Shown one piece after another: positions 42,009 through 50,149 of a stretch of DNA of 50,149 nucleotides. Each line of letters begins with the position of its first letter. Within the stretch, counting starts at the first letter, position 1. Origin of the DNA: Chloroflexota bacterium (GTDB lineage Bacteria > Chloroflexota > Dehalococcoidia > Dehalococcoidales > JAFGLR01); NCBI GenBank assembly GCA_016210585.1, contig JACQTX010000187.1, forward strand, positions 1 through 50,149, read 5' to 3'. Under the pieces are notes generated by a model. That model had not been told where the DNA came from. It ran no database searches and worked only from the letters and a program-made list of their open reading frames with translations. The translations under genes were made by a program, and so were the position numbers.

Positions 42009-43274
42009 ATGTTTGACCATGGGAGCATTACTGTGAAGGGTGGCAATGGCGGTAATGGTGTTGTCAGCTTTCGCCGTGAGAAGTTTGTGCCATTTGGTGG
42101 GCCAGATGGCGGTGATGGTGGCAATGGCGGTAATGTAGTCCTGGAGGCTGCCCCGGCGATTACTGATCTGAGAGCCTTCCGCTCGCATGGGGTATACAGA
42201 GCGGAAGACGGCAAGAATGGCCGGGGCAAGAAGCAGCACGGTAAGAACGGTGCCGACCTCGACCTGAAGGTGCCCGTAGGTACCGTGGTGCTAAAAAAGG
42301 AGAGCGTGGGTGAAGGCGGCGTAATAGCGGACCTGTGGGAGCCTGGCCAGCTAGCGGTTATCGCCAGAGGGGGAAAAGGTGGGCGTGGGAATGTTCGATT
42401 TGCTACCTCGACGCAGCAGGCACCGCGCATCGCCGAGAGGGGCGAGGCCGGAGAAGAAGCTGCCGTCATACTGGAGCTCCGTCTCATCGCCGATGTGGGC
42501 ATCATCGGCTACCCGAATGTGGGCAAGTCCAGTTTGCTGGCGGCGGTCTCTGCGGCGCAGCCCAAGGTAGCGGCCTACCCATTCACGACCCGTGAGCCAG
42601 TGCTGGGCATGGTGGAGTCCGGCGAAAAGCGATTTGTGATGGCCGAGATACCTGGCCTGATCGCCGGGGCGCACCTGGGCAGGGGACTGGGGCATGAGTT
42701 CCTGCGCCACGCTATGCGTACCAGGGTGTTCCTGCACCTGATAGACGGGACATCCGCTTCTCCGGTTGAGGACATGATACAGGTGAACAACGAAATTAGC
42801 CTTTTTGACTCAGCCCTGGGACAGAAGCCACAGATGGTTGCCGTGAACAAGATTGACCTGTCCGAGGTGCGTGCCAGTCTGCAGTCTATCAGGCAGGCTT
42901 TTCGCGAGGCCAGCGTGAACGTTTTTTTTGTCTCGGCGGCTACCGGCGAAGGCCTGTCCGAGCTTATGACAGAGATGGGTCGGATGCTGCGGGCCATTGC
43001 CCCTGTGGAGACTCCTGCTGAAGCAGTACCGCAGAAGGTCTTCCGCCCGCAGCCGCGCCGGCGCCGGTTCACCATCAATCGCGAGGACAATGCCTTTGTC
43101 ATTGCAGTTCCTGAGCTGGAACGTATTGTGGCGGGCACACCTGATGCTACAATGGCGTTGGGTCAGCTTCGGGCACGGCTGGACCGTATTGGGGTGAGGA
43201 AAGCCCTGGAGAAGGCTGGGATTAAGCCGGGGGACCGGGTGCGTTGCGGTGATTTTGAGTGGCTGTGGGAATAG
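42009..43274 (+). CDS. obg: GTPase Obg/CgtA
   Basis: Glycine-rich Obg fold (GGNGGNGVVSFRREKFVPFGGPDGGDGGNGG), G-domain GYPNVGKSS, plus a C-terminal extension. Confidence 0.95.
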   Translation: MFDHGSITVKGGNGGNGVVSFRREKFVPFGGPDGGDGGNGGNVVLEAAPAITDLRAFRSHGVYRAEDGKNGRGKKQHGKNGADLDLKVPVGTVVLKKESVGEGGVIADLWEPGQLAVIARGGKGGRGNVRFATSTQQAPRIAERGEAGEEAAVILELRLIADVGIIGYPNVGKSSLLAAVSAAQPKVAAYPFTTREPVLGMVESGEKRFVMAEIPGLIAGAHLGRGLGHEFLRHAMRTRVFLHLIDGTSASPVEDMIQVNNEISLFDSALGQKPQMVAVNKIDLSEVRASLQSIRQAFREASVNVFFVSAATGEGLSELMTEMGRMLRAIAPVETPAEAVPQKVFRPQPRRRRFTINREDNAFVIAVPELERIVAGTPDATMALGQLRARLDRIGVRKALEKAGIKPGDRVRCGDFEWLWE

Positions 43275-43275
43275 C

Positions 43276-43884
43276 ATGGACGTAGGCGTGCTGGGCGGCA
43301 CCTTCGACCCCATCCATGATGGCCACCTGGCTGCGGCGGAAGCGGTAATAGTCCATTTGGGTCTAGCAGAGGTGCTCTTTGTGCCGGCTGGCCAGCCGTG
43401 GCTGAAGACGCAGCTTCAGAGCATTTTACCGGCGGAGCATCGCCTGGCCATGGTCCATCTGGCTATTGCCGGCAAGCCCTATTTCAGACTGGTAACCGTG
43501 GAGATTGACCGTCCTGGGCCGTCTTATACGGTGGATACCCTTAGCGAGCTGCAGCGTCAGCTTGGGCCGGAAGCCAGGCTCCTCTTTATCATGGGCTGGG
43601 ATAGCCTGAACGCGCTGCCATTCTGGTGGGCGCCGCACCGCCTTATCGAGCTATGCCGCTTGGTGGGTGTGCCCCGACCCGGCTACCCGCCCCCCGATTT
43701 GACCACCCTGGAAAAGGCCATACCCGGCATAGCAACAAACGTCATCCTGCTGGATGAGCCGCGTGTTGACATCAGCGCTACGGACATCAGGAAACGCGTG
43801 GCACAGGGCCTGCCCATTAGCGGCCTCGTTCCGGCAGCGGTGGCCAGGTATATCGCAGAGCACCGGCTGTATTTGGACAAATAG
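43276..43884 (+). CDS. nadD: Nicotinate-nucleotide adenylyltransferase
   Basis: GGTFDPIHDGH (HxGH) motif. The start was trimmed to ATG 43276, 1 nt after the obg stop. Confidence 0.9.
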   Translation: MDVGVLGGTFDPIHDGHLAAAEAVIVHLGLAEVLFVPAGQPWLKTQLQSILPAEHRLAMVHLAIAGKPYFRLVTVEIDRPGPSYTVDTLSELQRQLGPEARLLFIMGWDSLNALPFWWAPHRLIELCRLVGVPRPGYPPPDLTTLEKAIPGIATNVILLDEPRVDISATDIRKRVAQGLPISGLVPAAVARYIAEHRLYLDK

Positions 43885-43947
43885 TGCCGTTGCCAATTTC
43901 CGCGCCGTCTTTCCTTTTCGGCGGAATCTCCTGTAGAATAGGGAATC

Positions 43948-46530
43948 ATGAAGGATGGCGTAACCCCCATTCGTCAGCAGTACCTCCGCATAAGAAAGCA
44001 ATACCCGGAGGCGATTGTCCTCTTCCGCCTGGGCGATTTCTACGAGACTTTCGACGAGGACGCTAAGCTGGTCGCCCGTGAGCTTGAGATTGTGCTGACC
44101 TCCCGTGAGATGGGCAAGGGCCACCGCGTGCCCATGGCCGGCATCCCCTACCATGCCGTGGACAGCTACCTGGCCAAACTCATCAGCCGCGGACATCGGG
44201 TGGCTATTTGCGAGCAGATGACCCGGCCAGGGGAGACGAAGGGCATAGTAGAGCGGGATGTGGTGCGTGTCGTCACGCCGGGCACAGTGGTGGAGCCGGG
44301 CCTGCTGGATAGCAAGAGCAACAACTATCTCCTCAGCCTGGTGCCGGGCGTTGAGGCCGCCGGTATCGCCTATGCTGACATAACCACCGGCGAGTTCGCC
44401 ACCACCCAGCTACCTCTGGCACGGCTTGCCCCGGAGCTGGAGCGGCTCAAACCCTCCGAGGTTATCACACCGCAAAGCGCCGCGCTTTCCGGCCTGACCC
44501 TGGCAGCACCGGTGACCCGCCTTGAGGACTACTGGTTTGAGCTTGACGCTGCCCGCCAGAGCCTGCTTGACCACTTCGGGGTGGCCACCCTTGATGGCTA
44601 CGGCTGTGCCCATCTGCCGCTGGCAGTCAGAGCGGCGGGCAGCATTGTCCATTACTTGCAGGAGACACAGAAGGCGGCCCTGGGACAGCTTACCCGCCTG
44701 GCTACCTTCTCCACCGAGACCTACATGGCCCTCGATATGCAGACCCAGCGCAACCTGGAGCTTTTCCAGAGCAGCCGCACGGGCAGTGCCGGCGGCTCGC
44801 TGCTAGCAGCCATTGATTTGACACGGACGGCTATGGGGGGCCGCCTGCTGAAGAAGGGGCTGGGACAGCCCCTTCTTGACGTTACCGAGTTGAACAAGAG
44901 ACAGGAGGCAATCGCCTCTTTCGCTAGTGATACCCTGACGCGGAGACAGGCAATCTTCTTGCTCGGCGATATAGCTGACCTGGAGCGGCTTACCAGCCGG
45001 GCGAAAAGCAATATCGCCCTGCCGCGGGAGCTGGTCACCCTGCGGCGCAGTCTTGAGCATGTGCCGAGGCTCATAGAAGTCTTGCAGACCAGTCCTTTTG
45101 CCGGGCTGAGAGAGGGCCTCAAGCCCTGTCCGGAGGTAGTTGACCTGATTACCAGAGCGATTGAAGATGAACCAGCTGCAAGCCCGTCCGAAGGCGGTGT
45201 TGTCCGGACCGGTTTCTCCGAGGAGCTGGACAACCTGCGCGCTACGTCTAAGAACGCCAGGCAATACCTGGCCAGCCTGGAGCGGCAGGAGCGGGAAAAG
45301 ACGGGCATCAAATCGCTCAAGGTCAGCTACAACCGGGTCTTTGGCTACTATATCGAGGTGTCTAAGTCTAACCTGGCCCAGGTGCCGGCGGACTACATCC
45401 GCAAGCAGACGCTCGTGGGCGGCGAGCGCTTTATCACGCCGGAGCTCAAAGAGTACGAGGTGCTCATCCTGAACGCCCAGGACCGGATGGCCGAGCTTGA
45501 GGCCAGCCTCTTCCGCCAGGTCTGCGGCCAGGTGGCCGCCTTTGCGGAACGCATCCTGGCCTTGGCGGAGACGGTGGCCCAGATTGACGTGTTCTCCAGC
45601 CTGGCCGAGGTCGCCGTCCGCTACGGCTATGTCCGTCCCCAGCTGACCACCGACAACGCCATTATCATCAAGGAAGGCCGCCACCCGGTGGTGGAGAGAA
45701 GCCTGCCGAGCAACCGCTTTGTGCCCAATGACACATATCTATCGGGGGATGATGCTCAGCTCATCATCCTCACCGGCCCTAACATGTCCGGGAAGTCAAC
45801 CTATCTGCGGCAGGTGGCCCTCATTGTGCTGCTGGCCCAGATGGGCAGCTTTGTCCCGGCTACCTCAGCCAGCATCGGGGTAGTGGACCGCATCTTCACC
45901 CGCATCGGTGCCGGGGAGGACATTGCCGCCGGGCAGTCCACCTTCATGGTGGAGATGGTGGAGACGGCCAATATCCTGAACAATGCCACACCCCGCTCGC
46001 TTATTATCCTGGACGAGATTGGACGGGGCACCAGCACCTATGACGGGCTGTCCATCGCTCGCGCCGTGGCTGAGTATATTCACAACCACCCGCGCCTGGG
46101 GGCCAAGACCCTTTTTGCCACGCACTACCACGAGCTGGTGGAGATGGCCAATTTCCTGCCGCGGGTGAAGAACTGCAATGTGAGCGTGGCGGAAGAGGGC
46201 GGGCGGGTGATTTTTCTCTACAAGATCGTGCCCGGCGGCGTGGACAAGAGCTATGGCATCCACGTAGCCCAGCTTGCCGGGCTGCCCCGGCCAGTGGTGC
46301 ACCGTGCCCAGGAGGTCCTGGCTGAGCTGGAAAGCGGCCCGCCGCAGGCGGGCCGCCCTCAGGCCAGGCGCACTGCCAAGAAGCCGCCCGTGCCCTTAGT
46401 CCAGCTTCCCCTGCTGGGCCAGAAGCCCCCCGTCATAGAGGCGCTGGAGAAGCTGGACATCAACTCCCTCAGTCCCCTCGAAGCCCTGACGAAGCTGTAT
46501 GAATTGCAGAAGAAGGCGCAGGAGGGGTAG
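43948..46530 (+). CDS. mutS: DNA mismatch repair protein MutS
   Basis: The N-terminus TPIRQQYLRIRKQYPEAIVLFRLGDFYETF carries the mismatch-binding GxFYE motif. Walker A GPNMSGKST. 860 aa. Confidence 0.95.
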   Translation: MKDGVTPIRQQYLRIRKQYPEAIVLFRLGDFYETFDEDAKLVARELEIVLTSREMGKGHRVPMAGIPYHAVDSYLAKLISRGHRVAICEQMTRPGETKGIVERDVVRVVTPGTVVEPGLLDSKSNNYLLSLVPGVEAAGIAYADITTGEFATTQLPLARLAPELERLKPSEVITPQSAALSGLTLAAPVTRLEDYWFELDAARQSLLDHFGVATLDGYGCAHLPLAVRAAGSIVHYLQETQKAALGQLTRLATFSTETYMALDMQTQRNLELFQSSRTGSAGGSLLAAIDLTRTAMGGRLLKKGLGQPLLDVTELNKRQEAIASFASDTLTRRQAIFLLGDIADLERLTSRAKSNIALPRELVTLRRSLEHVPRLIEVLQTSPFAGLREGLKPCPEVVDLITRAIEDEPAASPSEGGVVRTGFSEELDNLRATSKNARQYLASLERQEREKTGIKSLKVSYNRVFGYYIEVSKSNLAQVPADYIRKQTLVGGERFITPELKEYEVLILNAQDRMAELEASLFRQVCGQVAAFAERILALAETVAQIDVFSSLAEVAVRYGYVRPQLTTDNAIIIKEGRHPVVERSLPSNRFVPNDTYLSGDDAQLIILTGPNMSGKSTYLRQVALIVLLAQMGSFVPATSASIGVVDRIFTRIGAGEDIAAGQSTFMVEMVETANILNNATPRSLIILDEIGRGTSTYDGLSIARAVAEYIHNHPRLGAKTLFATHYHELVEMANFLPRVKNCNVSVAEEGGRVIFLYKIVPGGVDKSYGIHVAQLAGLPRPVVHRAQEVLAELESGPPQAGRPQARRTAKKPPVPLVQLPLLGQKPPVIEALEKLDINSLSPLEALTKLYELQKKAQEG

Positions 46531-46545
46531 CACCATTACGGCATA

Positions 46546-47274
46546 CTACTTATCGGGTTTATCGTGTGTTTCGAAGAAGCGATCGCGAGCTGCAGTGACA
46601 TCGGAAAGACGAGCAACGAAGGGAGACCGAGAAAAGCTTGACAGCATTTCTTGTGTAAAGTTGAAGGAAACTTCTTCCATTTTTCTGTGTTGGGAACGTG
46701 AACAATCAAGGGCAAACACCGTCATGGTATACTCTCCAAAAGGAAGGACGGGTTTATCAGGCGGGTACAAAGGAATATTTGTCCGCTCATGCATTGGCGA
46801 AAAGACGATATTGCGATGTTGTCGCTCTTTGCTTTGAAGATATATCGAACCTATCGCTATCTGACGACCGGTTTCCTTTAATGCCTTCTCAGAATATTCG
46901 GTGGCAAAAAAATACGGATGTAGATACCAGAAAGGATATGCAGTATTTGCGGTACTTAATTTGATCAGAATATCCTTAATACTGCCGCCACGTGCTCCTA
47001 TGTTTATCATAGTAATCGGCAAAATTAAGGCAAGAGAATACTTTTCATCCACTTCGCTGTGTTTCATGTTAGTCAACATTGGGCTGCCCACTTCTAATTT
47101 GAGTTGAAACGGTTTCAGATGCACAGCATACAAGGTGTAGCCAGACAGAAACAAAGCTACTGTTGATATCGCTATTGGCACAGGCGATGAGGTCAGTACA
47201 CCTTGAGTGTGAAAAAACCATAACGTGTAACCTGAAGTAATCAATGCAATGACAGATACTATTATCGCTATCAT
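46546..47274 (-). CDS. Orphan low-GC membrane protein (242 aa; two N-terminal TM helices plus a soluble domain), unknown function
   Basis: Strong SD (GGGAGGGAGAGA then ATG) and its own promoter-like elements. No recognisable motif. Local GC is about 32-40% against about 60% in the flanks. Confidence 0.65.
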   Translation of the reverse strand: MIAIIVSVIALITSGYTLWFFHTQGVLTSSPVPIAISTVALFLSGYTLYAVHLKPFQLKLEVGSPMLTNMKHSEVDEKYSLALILPITMINIGARGGSIKDILIKLSTANTAYPFWYLHPYFFATEYSEKALKETGRQIAIGSIYLQSKERQHRNIVFSPMHERTNIPLYPPDKPVLPFGEYTMTVFALDCSRSQHRKMEEVSFNFTQEMLSSFSRSPFVARLSDVTAARDRFFETHDKPDK

Positions 47275-47295
47275 TCTCTCCCTCCCTTGTGTCCT

Positions 47296-47323
47296 AGCGT
47301 ATTATTCTACCACTATCTGTCAA
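47296..47323 (-). promoter_or_regulatory. Candidate promoter of the orphan gene
   Basis: The minus strand reads TTGACA (47323-47318), a 16-nt spacer, then TACGCT (47301-47296). An alternative extended -10, TGgTAGAAT, has its hexamer at 47309-47304. Confidence 0.45.
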
Positions 47324-47440
47324 GAGACTCGCCAGCGACTTGTAGTGGACTGCGTTGAAAAGCAAGAAACCTTTGCGCGATGAGACCCATCTCCTGCATT
47401 CACTGTCTTGCCCCAAATGTCATTGCATCCACCTGAAGTG

Positions 47441-47468
47441 ACGGACAGGTTGGGAAACCTGCTCTACG
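47441..47468 (+). repeat. GGTTGGGAAACC hairpin repeat (CAGGTT-ggga-AACCTG followed by CTCTACGG)
   Basis: Hairpin at 47446-47461. A related unit in reverse orientation lies at 40131-40157. The partial motif TGTCATTGCA at 47418-47427 sits just upstream. Confidence 0.7.
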
Positions 47469-47599
47469 GTGGTCAATCGCTATTTATGGCTCTCCCGCCT
47501 TCCTTGCACAGTTCCCCCGTTTGTGGCAAGATAAGGCTAATTCGTCTTGTTGTTTTTCCTCTACAGGCGGCTAGGCGGACCAATGGAAGGCGGTGGATA

Positions 47600-49786
47600 A
47601 TGGCGGAATCTAAGGAACAAGTAATTACAACGCTGTGTGCCAGCCATTGCGGCGGCTCCTGCTTACTCAAGCTGCACGTGCAGGATGGCGTCATCAAACG
47701 GATTGAGACGGATGACGGGGAAGAGCCGCAGCTCCGGGCCTGCCAGCGGGGGCGTGCCTACCGCCAGCGGCTCTATGCCCCGGAGCGCCTCCTCTATCCA
47801 TTGAAGCGGGTGGGCGAGCGCGGGGAAGGCAAGTTCCGGCGCATCTCCTGGGATGAAGCCCTCGATACCGTTGCCGGCGAAATCAAGCGGGTCCGTGATA
47901 CCTACGGACCGGCCAGCATTCTCTACATGAACCTGGGTGGTGACCTGGGCCGCCTGCAGACCGTGGTGATGATGGCAAGGGTGCTCGCCCTGGCCGGGGG
48001 CTACACCGAGGCGTGGGGCGTGACCTCCTTCAGCGGCGGCATGCATTCCGACCAGGCCACCTATGGCACCTATTATACGACCAATATGCGGGATGACCTC
48101 GTCAATGCCCGCCTGATTATCCTCTGGGGCTGGAACCCTGCCAGCACCATAGCCGGCGTCAATACCGGCTGGTACCTGGCCCAGGCCAGAGAGGCCGGCG
48201 CCCGGATTATCGCTGTTGACCCCAGGTATACGGACTCCGCGGCCGCCTTCGCCCAACAGTGGCTACCAATCCGCCCCGGCACAGATGGGGCCATGCTGCT
48301 GGCCATGGCCCATACCATGATAAGCGAGGGCCTGCACAGCCAGGCCTTCCTTGACACCTATACGATAGGCTTTGACAAATTCAGAGACTACGTCATGGGC
48401 GTCACCGATGGTGTGGCCAAAACGCCGCAGTGGGCGGAAGCCATTACCGGCGTGCCCGCGTCGGCCATCAAAAACCTGGCCCGTGAGTATGCCACCATCA
48501 AGCCGGCCGCCCTCATGGCCGGCATCGCGCCCGGAAGGACCGCTTACGGCGAGCAGTACCACCGCATCGCCAATACCCTGGCTGCTATGACCGGCAACAT
48601 CGGCGTGCACGGCGGTGATGCTGCGGCGCGTGCCTGGGAGTCCATCGCCCCCTTCGGTGGCTACAACTATAAAATGGGCTATATCCTGGGCACCCGCAAC
48701 CCGGTCAATGAACAGGCGCCGGCACCACCCAAAGGCTCTCCCCCCGGCTACCGTGCCAACAAGCCTCACCGCAATGAGATACCGGACTTCATCGAGAAGG
48801 GGAAGGCCGGCGGCTACCATGCCGATTGCAAGCTCATCGCTGTCGTCAACTTTAGCTGGCTGAACGCCGTCCCCAATATCAACCGGATTGTGCGCGCCCT
48901 CAAATCAGGCAAGGTGGAGTTCATCTACGTCCAGGAGCAGTTCATGACCCCTACCGCTAAGTTTGCTGATGTCATATTGCCGTCCAATACCTTCATGGAG
49001 CGGAATGATATTGCGGTGGGGGCGGGGCTGGCCTTCTACGGCTACCAGAAGAAGGCAATTGGGCCTCTGGGGGAGAGCAAGTCCCATTTTGAGATAGCCT
49101 CACTTCTGGCCGAGCGCCTTGGCATCAAGGGCTTCAGCGATAAGACGGAAGAGGGCTGGCTGCGGGAGATGGTCAAGAACAGTGACATCCCGGACTATGA
49201 CCAGTTCAAGGCGAAGGGTATCTACCGCATCCCTCTCTCCGAGCCATATGTCGCCTTTCAGAAACAGATTGAAGACCCGGCCCACAACCCCTTTCCCACG
49301 CCGTCTGGGAAGATTGAAATCTACTCCCAGCAGTGGGCCGCCCTGAATAACCCGCTGCTGCCTCCGGTGCCCACATATGTCGAACCCTGGGAAGGTCTAA
49401 ACGACCCCCTGGCCCGCAAATACCCCCTCCAGCTCATTAGCTCGCATTTCAAGAAACGGGCCAATAACCAGTTCGCCGGCCACCCCTGGCTGAACGAGTT
49501 TGAGCCGCAGGCGCTGTTGATTAGCTCGGCGGATGCTCAAGACCGGGGCATCAAAGACGGTGACTTGGTGCGTGCCTTCAACCATAGGGGCGAGACCATC
49601 ATCCCGGCGAAGGTGACAGAGAGGATTATGCCCGGCGTGGTTGACCTGCCCCATGGCGCCTGGTATCAGCCGGACGAGAAAGGGATAGACCGGGGTGGCT
49701 GCCCGAACGTGCTCACCAGCGAGGTCTATTCCCCCGGCGGCGCCTATGCCTACAACTCCTGCCTGGTGCAGGTGGCGAGGGCGTAG
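47600..49786 (+). CDS. Molybdopterin oxidoreductase, DMSO reductase family (DmsA-like catalytic subunit), no Tat signal
   Basis: CASHCGGSCLLKLHVQDGVIKRIETDD parallels the DmsA FeS-binding N-terminus (Cx3Cx3C). About 728 aa. The start was trimmed to MAESKEQ (ATG 47600; GGAAGG lies 9 nt upstream). Confidence 0.8.
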   Translation: MAESKEQVITTLCASHCGGSCLLKLHVQDGVIKRIETDDGEEPQLRACQRGRAYRQRLYAPERLLYPLKRVGERGEGKFRRISWDEALDTVAGEIKRVRDTYGPASILYMNLGGDLGRLQTVVMMARVLALAGGYTEAWGVTSFSGGMHSDQATYGTYYTTNMRDDLVNARLIILWGWNPASTIAGVNTGWYLAQAREAGARIIAVDPRYTDSAAAFAQQWLPIRPGTDGAMLLAMAHTMISEGLHSQAFLDTYTIGFDKFRDYVMGVTDGVAKTPQWAEAITGVPASAIKNLAREYATIKPAALMAGIAPGRTAYGEQYHRIANTLAAMTGNIGVHGGDAAARAWESIAPFGGYNYKMGYILGTRNPVNEQAPAPPKGSPPGYRANKPHRNEIPDFIEKGKAGGYHADCKLIAVVNFSWLNAVPNINRIVRALKSGKVEFIYVQEQFMTPTAKFADVILPSNTFMERNDIAVGAGLAFYGYQKKAIGPLGESKSHFEIASLLAERLGIKGFSDKTEEGWLREMVKNSDIPDYDQFKAKGIYRIPLSEPYVAFQKQIEDPAHNPFPTPSGKIEIYSQQWAALNNPLLPPVPTYVEPWEGLNDPLARKYPLQLISSHFKKRANNQFAGHPWLNEFEPQALLISSADAQDRGIKDGDLVRAFNHRGETIIPAKVTERIMPGVVDLPHGAWYQPDEKGIDRGGCPNVLTSEVYSPGGAYAYNSCLVQVARA

Positions 49787-49836
49787 CCCCCAAACAAAGT
49801 ATTGCACAAGAAGGGAAAGACTATCTTAGTTGGCTA

Positions 49837-49867
49837 TCAGCTTTCAGCCGTCAGCACTCAGCCGTCA
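49837..49867 (+). repeat. Heptamer microsatellite (TCAGCnn) x 4.5
   Basis: TCAGC at 49837, 49844, 49851 and 49858, and a degenerate TCATA at 49865. Confidence 0.8.
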
Positions 49868-49928
49868 TAATTTATCGTGCTGGATAACTAACGCCACTAA
49901 TGGTGAAAATGGTAGACACATTACAATC

Positions 49929-49986
49929 TGTCATTCTGGGGAAGCCTGTCCTGGCGACAGGCCAGGGGACAGAATCCAGAATGACG
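49929..49986. repeat. Nested palindromic repeat, copy 4
   Basis: Outer GTCATTCTGG (49930-49939) / CCAGAATGAC (49976-49985). Inner GCCTGTC-ctggc-GACAGGC (49944-49962). Confidence 0.8.
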
Positions 49987-50063
49987 GATTGTGTCCTATT
50001 TTCGGGGTAATCAGCCATGCCCATTTACATGGGCACCACGAAGGATGAAAATAGTTCCCCCTT

Positions 50064-50149
50064 TGTCATTCTGGCGAAGCCTGTCCTGGCGACAGGCCAG
50101 GAGCCAGAATCCAGAAGACAACGGTGAGATTCATAGCCTGGATTCCAGC
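50064..50149. repeat. Nested palindromic repeat, copy 5 (about 54/58 identical to copy 4) plus a GAATCCAG/CTGGATTC arm; truncated by the window end
   Basis: The direct repeat of copy 4 lies 135 nt downstream. It is followed by ...GAATCCAG...CTGGATTCCAGC at the window edge. Confidence 0.75.

Noticed and set aside
47408-47599. Upstream extension of the molybdoenzyme ORF, a possible signal peptide
   Set aside because: The extension translates through the TGTCATTGCA and GGTTGGGAAACC repeat elements and has no twin-arginine motif. ATG 47600 has a GGAAGG SD and matches the DmsA-type N-terminus.
846-49807. Numerous 60-290-aa ORFs antisense to, or out of frame within, the large genes (for example 994-1524, 26440-27084, 27987-28520, 36932-37729, 40635-41132, 42575-43138, 44803-45684, 47663-48256, 48263-48820)
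   Set aside because: These are typical shadow ORFs of GC-rich coding DNA. Each is fully contained in a gene with strong family signatures. They are Arg/Pro/Ala/Gly-rich and have no SD or motif.
49929-50149. Possible CRISPR array (two near-identical repeats with a spacer)
   Set aside because: Only two copies are visible. The units are about 58 nt with nested palindromes, longer than typical 28-37 nt CRISPR repeats. The interval is 77 nt and no cas genes are in the window. The unit belongs to a repeat family dispersed elsewhere (26349, 27646, 32901).

Overview
Bacterial chromosomal segment carrying dnaA, dnaE, mutS, obg, fmt and nadD. Composition is mosaic. Hand-counted 60-nt lines give about 60% GC in the 24-30 kb metabolic genes, about 42% at 4.4 kb and 7.4 kb, about 32% at 46.9 kb, and 27-30% just downstream of dnaA.

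LEFT 23 kb: one uninterrupted minus-strand operon of 15 genes (385-22821) for envelope-glycan or glycosylation functions. Six gene junctions are 4-nt ATGA/GTGA overlaps, which suggests translational coupling. The operon is bracketed by tRNA-Asn (37-111) on one side and a tyrosine-integrase remnant plus tRNA-Ser (23060-23451) on the other. It encodes:
- a polyprenol-phosphate sugar synthase-like GT2 and three further GT2s (two are tandem paralogs)
- a nucleotide-sugar dehydrogenase and an SDR epimerase/dehydratase
- Gmd, a small cupin and a DegT-type aminotransferase
- a pyruvyl transferase with an FrhB-like FeS partner
- an alkaline-phosphatase-superfamily enzyme and a MOP/Wzx flippase
- two large polytopic membrane proteins that each end in a C-terminal TM anchor

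The larger membrane protein (about 1,986 aa, 8239-14199) is the most unusual object in the window. It has a polytopic N-domain of about 680 aa, then about 1,280 extracytoplasmic residues containing two internally duplicated module types (2 x about 90 aa, 2 x 251 aa).

RIGHT 27 kb: small ORF plus amidohydrolase, MeaB-type GTPase, two tandem acyl-CoA dehydrogenase paralogs, aldehyde:ferredoxin oxidoreductase, P-loop kinase, TerC, a DNA methyltransferase fused to an Mrr-like nuclease domain, dnaE, Zn-peptidase, fmt, dnaA, obg, nadD, mutS, a low-GC orphan membrane-protein gene, and a signal-less DmsA-like molybdoenzyme.

NON-CODING: a dispersed family of nested palindromic repeats (TGTCATT...AATGACA type), GGTTGGGAAACC hairpin repeats, a heptamer microsatellite, several sigma70-like promoters (three sit 6-9 nt from start codons, so possibly leaderless), and one clear bidirectional terminator.

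All function calls come from reading motifs in the translated ORFs. No database search was possible.
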